Of a DNA stretch of 64,000 nucleotides, positions 28,516 to 37,143 are shown piece after piece. Origin of the DNA: an uncultured Psychroserpens sp. (GTDB taxonomy: Bacteria > Bacteroidota > Bacteroidia > Flavobacteriales > Flavobacteriaceae); the NCBI RefSeq assembly GCF_947503375.1, contig NZ_CANNDQ010000002.1:271182-335181 (forward strand). Direction: 5' to 3'. The notes under the pieces were generated by a model. It worked only from the letters and a program-made list of their open reading frames with translations, did no database searches and was not told where the DNA came from. A program made the translations under genes and the position numbers. Numbering within the stretch: the first letter of the stretch is position 1; each line of letters opens with the position of its first letter.

Positions 28516-29073
28516 ATGGCACTTACACCCTCAAATATGCTACCAATAGGTACTGTAGCACCAAATTTCGAACTTGTAAATACGGTAGATGACACCTTAG
28601 TTTCTTTAACCGAGGCTAAGGGCCTCAATGGTACTTTGATTATGTTTATTTGTAATCATTGTCCTTTTGTGAAACATGTGAATGAAGAACTATCTAAACT
28701 AGCTAAAGACTACGTCTCAAAAGGAATTAATTGCATAGCAATTTCAAGTAATGATATAGATAATTATCCTGAAGATGCACCAGATAAAATGAAACAAAAT
28801 GCTATAGATAATGATTTCATTTTTCCATATCTGTACGACCAAACCCAAAATGTTGCTAAAGCTTATGATGCCGCATGTACACCAGATTTTTATGTTTTTG
28901 ACAAAAATCTTAAATTAGTTTACAGAGGACAACTAGATGATTCAAGACCAGGCAATGGTATTCCTGTTAATGGCAAAGACTTACGAAATGCTTTGGATAC
29001 AATCATTAAAGGCGAGCTTATTTTGAGCACCCAGAAACCTAGTATAGGTTGTAACATCAAATGGAAAGCATAA
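28516..29073 (+). CDS. thioredoxin-fold thiol-disulfide oxidoreductase (AhpC/TSA-like)
   Basis: CxxC active site in the context FICNHCPFV. Thioredoxin-like length. Confidence 0.8.
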   Translation: MALTPSNMLPIGTVAPNFELVNTVDDTLVSLTEAKGLNGTLIMFICNHCPFVKHVNEELSKLAKDYVSKGINCIAISSNDIDNYPEDAPDKMKQNAIDNDFIFPYLYDQTQNVAKAYDAACTPDFYVFDKNLKLVYRGQLDDSRPGNGIPVNGKDLRNALDTIIKGELILSTQKPSIGCNIKWKA

Positions 29074-29104
29074 AAAAAGCATTCACTAACGTGAATGCTT
29101 TTTT
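29073..29104. terminator. bidirectional rho-independent terminator
   Basis: Stem GCATTCAC (29079-29086) / GTGAATGC (29091-29098) with loop TAAC, flanked by A and T runs. Confidence 0.8.
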
Positions 29105-29131
29105 CTCTTTTTCATAGCAATTGATCCCAAA

Positions 29132-29644
29132 TTATTTAGGCATTACAACGCTATTAATCACATGAATAACACCATTACTACCCATAACATCTGTAGCGGT
29201 AATCTCACTATAATTTCCATTTTGATCTTTCAACCAAATCTTATCATCTTTTTGAATAACCATCAAAGTTTGTCCGTTAAGTGCTTTTAACTCCACTTTT
29301 CCTTTACCTTTCTTTAGCGCAGTTACAACATCCTTAGCTGTTAGCTTTCCAGATACTACGTGATACGTTAAGATATTAGCTAAGGTTTTTTGGTTTCCTT
29401 TTTCTAATAGAGAACTTAAGGTTTTTGAATCAATTTTTTCAAATGCAGCATTTGTTGGTGCAAACACAGTAAATGGTCCATCACCTTGTAATGCTTTTAC
29501 TAGTTCTGCAGCTTTTAGTGCTGTTACCAAAGTTGAAAAATTTTCATTCCCAACTGCAACATCTACGATGGTCCCTTGCGCTTTTGCTGTATGACTAAAT
29601 GTTAATGCAACAACTGTGGTCAAAATAAATACTAACTTTTTCAT
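29132..29644 (-). CDS. fasciclin (FAS1) domain protein, secreted
   Basis: Signal peptide. FAS1 motifs (FSTLVTALKAAEL, GPFTVFAPTNAAF, LTYHVV, NGVIHVINSVVMP). Confidence 0.88.
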   Translation of the reverse strand: MKKLVFILTTVVALTFSHTAKAQGTIVDVAVGNENFSTLVTALKAAELVKALQGDGPFTVFAPTNAAFEKIDSKTLSSLLEKGNQKTLANILTYHVVSGKLTAKDVVTALKKGKGKVELKALNGQTLMVIQKDDKIWLKDQNGNYSEITATDVMGSNGVIHVINSVVMPK

Positions 29645-29755
29645 AATTTTTTAATGTATTGGTTAAACTAATTAGTGTACTTGTTTCCGTTTTGAAGTAC
29701 TTTCATTTATATTTACACAGCATTGTTACTTCTGGATGAGTAACCTTTTTATTTT

Positions 29756-30331
29756 GTGAAATCTTTAACATTAATGTCCAACGAGAATACTATCATTTCT
29801 AGACTTAAATTAAAAGATGAGTCAGCTCTAGCCGATTTATACGATAAGTATTCGGCTGCACTTTATGGTGTAATTGTAAGAATGTGTAAAGATGAAGGTA
29901 ATGCTCAAATCATTTTGCAGGATACATTTATGACCATTTGGGAAAAACCGCATTTATATGATGCAAAAAAAGGGCGATTTTACACTTGGGCATATCGTAT
30001 TGCCAAGAATAAAACGTTAAACTTTTTGAGAAAACCTGAAAACCTCATCCAAGTAGAAGATTTGAGTGTATATAAAGATAAAACTGAAGACGTTACTAAT
30101 GATGTAGATACATTGAAATTAAAAGGGAGCATACAACATTTAGATGCGCATCATCAACGTGCCATCGAATTGGTTTATTTTAATGGACTTACACATCGCG
30201 AAGCACATAAAGAAATGGGAGTCCCTTTAGGCACCTTCAAATCTTATGTAAGGCAAGCGCTTAAACAACTACAACAATCGTACGTTAAACTGATCGTGTT
30301 TTTGATGTTATTAATTGAGATAACGAAATGA
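29756..30331 (+). CDS. ECF-type RNA polymerase sigma-70 factor
   Basis: Region 2 (QDTFMTIWEK, FYTWAYRIAKNKTLN) and region 4 (GLTHREAHKEMGVPLGTFKSYVRQA). The ORF-track start is GTG; an ATG at 29774 is a plausible true start. Confidence 0.85.
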   Translation: MKSLTLMSNENTIISRLKLKDESALADLYDKYSAALYGVIVRMCKDEGNAQIILQDTFMTIWEKPHLYDAKKGRFYTWAYRIAKNKTLNFLRKPENLIQVEDLSVYKDKTEDVTNDVDTLKLKGSIQHLDAHHQRAIELVYFNGLTHREAHKEMGVPLGTFKSYVRQALKQLQQSYVKLIVFLMLLIEITK

Positions 30332-31113
30332 TGGATAAGACTTACATATTGAACAATGGAATTTTAGAACTTTACGTGTTAGGAGAATTGAATAGACATG
30401 AGCAACAACAAGTAGAAGATGCCCTTGAACAATATTCTGAATTAAAAACCGAATTAGATCATATTGAGAAAAGCTTTGAAACACTAGCATTACAGAATGG
30501 TATGCATGTTCCTTCATCTGTAAAATCTGCGCTACTAGAAAATTTATCTTCTGTAAGTCCAAAAACCGTTCCATTACAAGCTTCGACTAAGTCATTAAAC
30601 AAATACTATATTGGCATTGCAGCTAGCGTTGCTGCTTTATTATTGATTGGGCTCTTCTATATCTATTCAGAATTAAATACAACCAAAGAGCAACTACAAC
30701 TAGCTGAAGAGGAAAATATTAAACTCAGTGATGAGATTAAGAATCTTAACAACGATTTTAATGAAATTGCCAATTGGTATATAACTATCAATAATCCAAA
30801 TACTCAAAAATATATTATGACAGGTAATGCCTTACGACCAGAGGCTACTGTTGTGAGTTATGTAAACAATATTGATAAATCTGTTATAATTAATACTAAG
30901 CAATTACCAGAATTAGATGATGCTCACGATTATCAAATGTGGGCAGATGTTAAAGGAGAAATGATAAATATGGGATTAATAGACACTTCAAAAGAGATGT
31001 TGGCCATGACTTACATAGATGATGCTGAATCCTTGAATATCACTATAGAGCCTAGTGGTGGAAATGATCATCCAACCGTATCCCAACTCATCACAAATGT
31101 TTATTTAAGGTAA
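30328..31113 (+). CDS. anti-sigma factor, RskA-type C-terminal domain
   Basis: ATGA overlap with the sigma gene. One TM (YYIGIAASVAALLLIGLFYIY). C-terminal YQMWADV ... NITIEPSGGNDHPT. Confidence 0.8.
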   Translation: MMDKTYILNNGILELYVLGELNRHEQQQVEDALEQYSELKTELDHIEKSFETLALQNGMHVPSSVKSALLENLSSVSPKTVPLQASTKSLNKYYIGIAASVAALLLIGLFYIYSELNTTKEQLQLAEEENIKLSDEIKNLNNDFNEIANWYITINNPNTQKYIMTGNALRPEATVVSYVNNIDKSVIINTKQLPELDDAHDYQMWADVKGEMINMGLIDTSKEMLAMTYIDDAESLNITIEPSGGNDHPTVSQLITNVYLR

Positions 31114-31118
31114 ACCAA

Positions 31119-31874
31119 CTAAAATTTTTTATAAACAAAACTTATGGGTATGCTATAAGACATACTCACGGGTCTGCCACGTTGCTTACCTGGAATCATT
31201 TGAGGTAATAAACCAATAATACGTTCAGCTTCATTTTCTAATAATTCATCTGGACCTCTGCTTCTAATCTTAGCTACGCAACCGGTTTTATCTATTACAA
31301 ATAACACGTGTACCTTACCACTTATTCCAGCATCTAGTGCATCTTCAGGATAAGTGAAGTGCTTTTTAACATGAAGTTTCATTTGTTTTTGGAAGCAATC
31401 CATTTGCTCTTTTTTAGACCCTTTTTCACATCCTGGAAATATGGGTACATTTTCGATAACCGCAAATGGAATCTCAATATCCTCCTCTACATCTTCAACA
31501 TAAACTTCATCAATTTTAGCAATGTATTCAACAACGGCATCTTCTTGATTGACTTCTGTGCTACCAATAGTTTGTTCTTCTTTATCAAAAAGATTATCTA
31601 CAATATTGATCTCTTCTGATGTTGTAACAATTGGTACGACCTCTCCTGATTGTAGTGGAGGTGCCGGTGGCGGAATGGTCTTTACTTTTATAATCGGAAT
31701 CTCTTCCTCATAGACATCTTCTACCTGAACAATATCACGTTCAGTAACTGTAGTTTTATAACTCTTAAATTCAAATGTAAGGTACGTGAGTAACAACATT
31801 AAATTTAAACCTACAGCAAAATAAAGACTACTATTTCTAGCAACTTCAATCTCTGGGTTTTTTTTGACTTGCAT
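31119..31874 (-). CDS. tonB: energy transducer TonB
   Basis: N-terminal TM, a Pro-rich spacer (IPPPAPPLQ), and a C-terminal TonB domain with the flavobacterial PIFPGC motif and GKVHVLFVIDKTG. Confidence 0.8.
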   Translation of the reverse strand: MQVKKNPEIEVARNSSLYFAVGLNLMLLLTYLTFEFKSYKTTVTERDIVQVEDVYEEEIPIIKVKTIPPPAPPLQSGEVVPIVTTSEEINIVDNLFDKEEQTIGSTEVNQEDAVVEYIAKIDEVYVEDVEEDIEIPFAVIENVPIFPGCEKGSKKEQMDCFQKQMKLHVKKHFTYPEDALDAGISGKVHVLFVIDKTGCVAKIRSRGPDELLENEAERIIGLLPQMIPGKQRGRPVSMSYSIPISFVYKKF

Positions 31875-31924
31875 GGCTTTGGTGTTTAATTAGTATCAAG
31901 TTAGCCCATAAAACCAAAAAAAAA

Positions 31925-31938
31925 TATGATAATTATCA
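31925..31938 (-). promoter_or_regulatory. perfect palindrome ATGATAATTATCAT upstream of tonB (possible Crp/Fnr-type box)
   Basis: Same core as the other boxes, 51 bp upstream of the tonB start. No TAnnTTTG box is found at the canonical offset. Confidence 0.35.
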
Positions 31939-32000
31939 TACAAGACTGTTAAAACTAAGCTTGTTATTAGCCGCTTATAAAATTCTTGTTGATTTCATAT

Positions 32001-32034
32001 AAAAAACACCTGCTTGCATATTTGAAACAGGTGC
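32001..32034 (-). terminator. terminator after the TonB-dependent receptor gene
   Basis: Stem CACCTG (32007-32012) / CAGGTG (32028-32033), followed on the minus strand by a U-tract (A-run at 32001-32006). Confidence 0.55.
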
Positions 32035-32123
32035 TTTCAACTAACAAAAAAACTCTAAAAACACCATATCTCCATATGGTATACCCTTATAATTATTCCA
32101 TTTCTGTTAGTTCTAAATTCAAC

Positions 32124-34358
32124 TTAAAAACTATAACTTATATTCCCTTTTATGAAAAAGGGTACTCCAGGTGTGAAATGAATTTCTTCAATTGGTTCTA
32201 TTTCGTTTTGCAATCTCGATTTAGTTGCAAATTGAGTTTCATTCCATTTAGTATCAAAAACATTTTCTATTGTGACTCCTATTGCGATATCATTGAATGT
32301 ATAATTCATATTAAAGTCGGTTATAAAATAACCTTTAGCTATAATACTATTATCTTCATTTGCTGGTCTATCATCAACATATCTATATTTGAGTCCGCCT
32401 GAGAATCCATTTAAATCTGATACAGATAAACCGCCGGCTATTGTAAAATCTGGAGCCAATGGAATAAAATCTTCTTGACTAATAGCCTCAAGGCTTCTAG
32501 CCTTTGTATAAGTAGCATCTGTATCTATGTATAACCAATCATTGACTTGATACCTTAAGCCCATATCTACACCTAAACGTTCTGTTTTACCACTTGGCTC
32601 AACTATTCCCGCATCACCAACATAGACAAATTCCTGTTCTAAAAACAAATACCAAAAAGCAGTGTTTACAAATAATTTATCTGTTGGTTTCCATACATTA
32701 CCGATATCTACTCCATAAGCTTTAGGCAAAATATCTTTGCTTGTATTGCTCACTATAACTCTTGTATCGTTAGAATGAAAACCTATACCAGACTTGATGT
32801 AGAGTTGCAAATTTTCTTTTGCATTATAAAATACATTTAACTTCGGGCTAGCAATCGTTTTTGTTTCTGACAGTACTTCGTAAGTCGGTTGTAACTGGTC
32901 TTCATATAAAAATTTAAAGTAATCTAATCGTAAGGCTGGAGACAAAGTAAACTTTCCAAATTCAAATTCTACATTTACATAAGCATCAATATTTGTTTGG
33001 TAAATATTACCTAACTGAATATTTTCTAGTGTACTTCTTCGGTTAACAGTTCGAGATAATTCTACATTGTTATTGATATCATGTCTAAATCCGATTCCAG
33101 CTTCTATATCTACAGCAGTTTTTCCTAAATAAGTATTTTTTAGAAATAATGTATTAGCTCCAAAAATATGACGATTTTCCTTTTGACGAATTTGATCTCC
33201 ATTGATAGAATCTTCTAAAAAAAACGTGAAATTTGAATACAGTTCAAATTTGTAATTAGAGTAAAATGCATTAGCTTTTAATTGCAAGTCATCTGTAATA
33301 TATTTGTTAAACTCTACATTCAAATTGCTGCGCTCTGTTTGACCGCCTTCAGTATCATCAATAGCACCAAATCGAGAAATATTTCCATTATCGACCTCGC
33401 GTTGAGGAATTTGACCTGATGCATCCCAACGGCTTATAAAATGCGACGCTGTGATACTTAGTTTTTCATTATTCTTTGACAAAACCGAATACTTACCAAA
33501 AACATTCAAACGATTAAAATTCTGAGAAGACTCAAAAGGTCCGTCTGTAGCAATATATTCTGTTGCTATATATGCATTTTGACGATTGGCTTTTTCAAGA
33601 ATATTGAACATTCCTAGTGTTCGTAGCGTATTAAAGTTGCCAAGCTCAAAACTTATTTTACTATTCTTGATATGATCTTTGGTTGAGAAATTAACGTAAG
33701 CAGCAGTATTAAAATCACCTTCTTCAGCGTAATATGTTCCTTTTCCAAAATCTATCTTTTGAATAGTTTCAGGAATTATAAAATGCAAATCACTATAGCC
33801 TTGTCCATGAGCATGAGAGACCATATTTACTGGCATGCCATCAACAGATATGGATACGTCTGTACCATGATCTACATCAAAACCTCTGAGAAATAGCTGT
33901 TCAGCCTTTCCGCCACCTGCATGTTGGCCTATGATTAAGCCAGGTACTTTTCTTAAGATCTCTTGGGATGAATTTACTGGACTTGTTTGTAGGTCTAATT
34001 TAACTATTGATTGTAAAGGATTAAGCGCTTCTTTTATTATCATTTCATCGAGGAGAAACATTTTTTCCTTTAATCTGACGGAAAATACTGATTCAAAACT
34101 TTGCGAATCTAATTGAATTATCTTTGGTGAAAACCCAAGAAGTCCTATTTTGATTGAATCCCCAACTTTAGTCTTACTTAAAACAAATAATCCTGTTTCT
34201 GATGTGTGTGCATGACTTCCTGAATTCAAATTGTAAACATATGCGGTCTCTAAAGGCTGATTATTTAAGTTTACTACCACACCTCTGAGCGACTGACAAA
34301 AAGCATTAGAAGATAGCACTATAAACAATAATATTATGTGTTTAAATAAACGCTTCAT
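32124..34358 (-). CDS. TonB-dependent receptor with CarboxypepD_reg-like N-domain
   Basis: Signal peptide, an N-terminal LRGVVVN...GLFVL domain, a plug segment (VSISVDGMPVN), and a long beta-barrel ending in an aromatic residue (ISYSF). Confidence 0.88.
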   Translation of the reverse strand: MKRLFKHIILLFIVLSSNAFCQSLRGVVVNLNNQPLETAYVYNLNSGSHAHTSETGLFVLSKTKVGDSIKIGLLGFSPKIIQLDSQSFESVFSVRLKEKMFLLDEMIIKEALNPLQSIVKLDLQTSPVNSSQEILRKVPGLIIGQHAGGGKAEQLFLRGFDVDHGTDVSISVDGMPVNMVSHAHGQGYSDLHFIIPETIQKIDFGKGTYYAEEGDFNTAAYVNFSTKDHIKNSKISFELGNFNTLRTLGMFNILEKANRQNAYIATEYIATDGPFESSQNFNRLNVFGKYSVLSKNNEKLSITASHFISRWDASGQIPQREVDNGNISRFGAIDDTEGGQTERSNLNVEFNKYITDDLQLKANAFYSNYKFELYSNFTFFLEDSINGDQIRQKENRHIFGANTLFLKNTYLGKTAVDIEAGIGFRHDINNNVELSRTVNRRSTLENIQLGNIYQTNIDAYVNVEFEFGKFTLSPALRLDYFKFLYEDQLQPTYEVLSETKTIASPKLNVFYNAKENLQLYIKSGIGFHSNDTRVIVSNTSKDILPKAYGVDIGNVWKPTDKLFVNTAFWYLFLEQEFVYVGDAGIVEPSGKTERLGVDMGLRYQVNDWLYIDTDATYTKARSLEAISQEDFIPLAPDFTIAGGLSVSDLNGFSGGLKYRYVDDRPANEDNSIIAKGYFITDFNMNYTFNDIAIGVTIENVFDTKWNETQFATKSRLQNEIEPIEEIHFTPGVPFFIKGNISYSF

Positions 34359-34366
34359 ACTTGAAT

Positions 34367-35665
34367 TTACAATTGATTGATTTTTGATACCGTACTCGGA
34401 CCTAACTCATAACTACTCGCCAATAATTCTTCTTTTAGTGGTTGAAGGTCATTAATTCTTCCAGCGGCTTTATAAATTTCTGCAGCATGATATAGCGTCT
34501 CAGGCACGAAGGTTTTACCTATGATATAAGTATCTACAATACCTAAAGCCATATTGATATCTCCCTTTTTAAAATAAACCCAAGCCAATAAGTCATATGA
34601 TTGTGGTGTAGGTCTGTTTTCAACTTCTTTTTGAGCAATAGTTAATGCGCTTTCGAGTTTACTTTTTATATCTGTATACAAAAGCACATTATACTTGTTA
34701 TACATATCACCATAAGCTGTATTTTGCATAGCCTCGTTATATAATGCCAATTGCTTTTGGACTAATTCATCATTATTAATAAATTCGGCGATTTCTGCTT
34801 TGAGCAAATAATAATCTGGGGCAAAATAGGTGCTAGTTACTGTATCTAATATTCGCAATGCTTCGCTTGGATTTTTTTCATAAGAAAATACAATCCATGC
34901 AATACCTTTTTTTGCATAGGCATCATTAGGATCTAATCTTAAGGCTTTTAAGTAGTATTGATAGGATTTCTCTATATCTCCTGCATGACCATAAAAATCA
35001 GCTATATTAGTATATGACCATTGTTTTAACCCTTTTAAATTTGAGGTTTCAGCTATAGCCATTGCCTTTTCCATATACCTTATAGCAGCATCAAGATTTC
35101 CTTTGTGATCACTCCATTTTGATAAACGAATGAGGTAATCAAAATCTGAAAAGTTCTCAAAGGTATTTAAATAGGTGTGTGCTAATTCGTAATTACCAAG
35201 TTCTAGATGCACATCAAAAAGCATTTTTCTTGCCTCTTGAATATCTTCGCCTAATAATTCTGCTTTAGATAGTAAATCTAATGCTTCTTTGAAGCGATGT
35301 TGTGAAATAAAGTTATAAGCTAAACTCTTAAGATATGCTGGCTTATTATAGTTTGTTATAGTATTGACCTTAAGTAGATTTACTTCAGCTTTTTTTAGAT
35401 AATCAATATTCCCTGTAGCTGAAAAATAATCAGTATAAGCGTTAGCTAGTTTTACAAGATATGGAAACTGATTGGGATGTTTTTCTAACTTTTCAACCCA
35501 AAAAGCTTCATTTAATTTAGCGCGTTCTAAAGCTGCGTTATTAGCAACTAATAAATAGGTATTGTAATCATTACTATTTGTGATTTGAGTTTTAGTTTTG
35601 GTATGACAACTAGAAGCTAAGATCAAGATGAGCACACATCGCATTGTTTTATATACTGACTTCAT
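34367..35665 (-). CDS. tetratricopeptide-repeat lipoprotein
   Basis: Lipoprotein-type signal (LILILASSC). Repeated A-x-x-Y/L-x-K-A-L TPR-like helices (e.g. YYLKALRLDPNDAYAKKG). It ends 8 nt upstream of the TBDR start. Confidence 0.7.
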   Translation of the reverse strand: MKSVYKTMRCVLILILASSCHTKTKTQITNSNDYNTYLLVANNAALERAKLNEAFWVEKLEKHPNQFPYLVKLANAYTDYFSATGNIDYLKKAEVNLLKVNTITNYNKPAYLKSLAYNFISQHRFKEALDLLSKAELLGEDIQEARKMLFDVHLELGNYELAHTYLNTFENFSDFDYLIRLSKWSDHKGNLDAAIRYMEKAMAIAETSNLKGLKQWSYTNIADFYGHAGDIEKSYQYYLKALRLDPNDAYAKKGIAWIVFSYEKNPSEALRILDTVTSTYFAPDYYLLKAEIAEFINNDELVQKQLALYNEAMQNTAYGDMYNKYNVLLYTDIKSKLESALTIAQKEVENRPTPQSYDLLAWVYFKKGDINMALGIVDTYIIGKTFVPETLYHAAEIYKAAGRINDLQPLKEELLASSYELGPSTVSKINQL

Positions 35666-35744
35666 AATAATTAGTTTTTGAGTTTTTTTGTTTGAGTAAC
35701 TCTGAAATGAAACCTTAAAAGTCTCATTTCAGAGTATTAGCTTT

Positions 35745-36317
35745 TTACCAAGGGGAAGCTAAGTATGGAAATGTTGACAGAAATGGTTTATCGTTAGCAT
35801 CTACATTATCATCTGTTAGTCCTGGATTGTCAGTACCGGCTGGTCCGCCAAATATCAATAATAACTCTGTAGAAATAACATCATCTCCTAAAGCACGACC
35901 TGTTAATACATTAGTGCCGTCAAAAAATGTAGTTGTTCCTGTTAAAGAAACGGTTAATACATCTGTTGCTAACGCTGTTGTAAATTCTTCAGCATTAAAT
36001 CCTAGTGCATTGGTATACATAGGGTCTGTATGTGCGGGATTTAAAGCTTCTAATTTTGTCTGAAACTTGTTTTGAAATGCTGCATTTTGATCTGAAGGCA
36101 CTGTCATGTTAAACATACTTTTATCAGCCATATCAACAAAAACAGTGTTTATAGCAGGTCTTCCCATTTGATCTTCTTGGATATAGGTTCCGCTAAAATC
36201 TAGAGGTATTTGTTGCATAGGGTCATTATTTCCACTATCATCATCATTACTACAGTTATAGGCTGTGAAAGACAATATTGTGGCTATCATTATTAACTTT
36301 ATTTTATTAAATTTCAT
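35745..36317 (-). CDS. DUF4331-like lipoprotein (matches the central/C-terminal part of the family)
   Basis: Lipobox Cys followed by an acidic run (YNCSNDDDSGNND). MGRPAINTVFV and the C-terminal FLSTFPYLASPW resemble the DUF4331 middle and end. Family assignment is from memory, not searched. Confidence 0.6.
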   Translation of the reverse strand: MKFNKIKLIMIATILSFTAYNCSNDDDSGNNDPMQQIPLDFSGTYIQEDQMGRPAINTVFVDMADKSMFNMTVPSDQNAAFQNKFQTKLEALNPAHTDPMYTNALGFNAEEFTTALATDVLTVSLTGTTTFFDGTNVLTGRALGDDVISTELLLIFGGPAGTDNPGLTDDNVDANDKPFLSTFPYLASPW

Positions 36318-36341
36318 AATTTGAGTTTTAGATTGTTGTTC

Positions 36342-36992
36342 TTATTGTTTTCTTTTAGCTTCTACCCAAAGGTTTACAGAGTTTCCATTTCCAACCATTG
36401 TTTTTGGTAATTCTACAGCAATAGATAATACATTGGTACCTTCAAACGTATCTGTTCCTGGATTGTTAAAGCTTGTGGCTGTACCACCTATAATTTCACC
36501 ATAACGTGCAAAATCCATGAAAAAAGGATCATCTCTCGGGCCAGCGAAAAATTGCATCCCATTGTTAGCTTCAATGATAGCACCAGAACCATAAGTAGTA
36601 ATATCCACACTATTAGTAGTTGCCGATGTTAGAATGGTACTGTTCAACCCATTTTGTGAAGGAGTGGTTGGTCCAAAAAAGTACATCTTACCATCTCTAG
36701 GTATGGCTTGGATTACTAAATCTTCAACAGCGTCACCATTATTATCAATGTTAAATTCAAAAAGTACATTCTCGTCAAATGCAGCTTGAGCTGTATTAGC
36801 AGGACTAATTAAGCCTTGAACATTAGCTACAAAGACAATGTTGTCTGTATCTTGGGCCTGAAATCCGTAAATGTCTGTGATATCGCTTGTACCACCTGCT
36901 ATTGCTGGCGCATCAATATGATCTGCTGCAATTGCAAAAAAGCAGACTAATGCGATGAGTGCTGCTCCAATTAAAATTTTTGTGTGTTTCAT
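36342..36992 (-). CDS. DUF4331-like secreted protein (matches the N-terminal part of the family)
   Basis: Signal peptide, then ADHIDAP ... SDITDIYGF and AGPRDDPFFMDF, resembling the DUF4331 N-terminal signature. Confidence 0.6.
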   Translation of the reverse strand: MKHTKILIGAALIALVCFFAIAADHIDAPAIAGGTSDITDIYGFQAQDTDNIVFVANVQGLISPANTAQAAFDENVLFEFNIDNNGDAVEDLVIQAIPRDGKMYFFGPTTPSQNGLNSTILTSATTNSVDITTYGSGAIIEANNGMQFFAGPRDDPFFMDFARYGEIIGGTATSFNNPGTDTFEGTNVLSIAVELPKTMVGNGNSVNLWVEAKRKQ

Positions 36993-37143
36993 AATACTTG
37001 AGATTTTTCGTTAATATTAATTTGTCTCTGGGAACACTTACGGAAAAACCTTAAACGCGGTTTTGTTAAAATTTTGTTAAATAAAAATCAATCAGATTAT
37101 TCGTAGAAAAAATTAACTTTGCAAAGACTTTAAAACTGAAACC

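Noticed and set aside
31986-32402. 138-aa plus-strand ORF overlapping the 3' end of the TonB-dependent receptor gene
   Set aside because: It overlaps the terminator hairpins and the receptor barrel-coding region, and has no motif support.
35745-36992. Possibility that the two DUF4331-like ORFs are one gene broken by a frameshift (a pseudogene)
   Set aside because: Each ORF has its own start codon and signal or lipoprotein sequence, and a clean 24-nt spacer separates them. This looks like an intact two-gene arrangement, although only a comparison with relatives could settle it.
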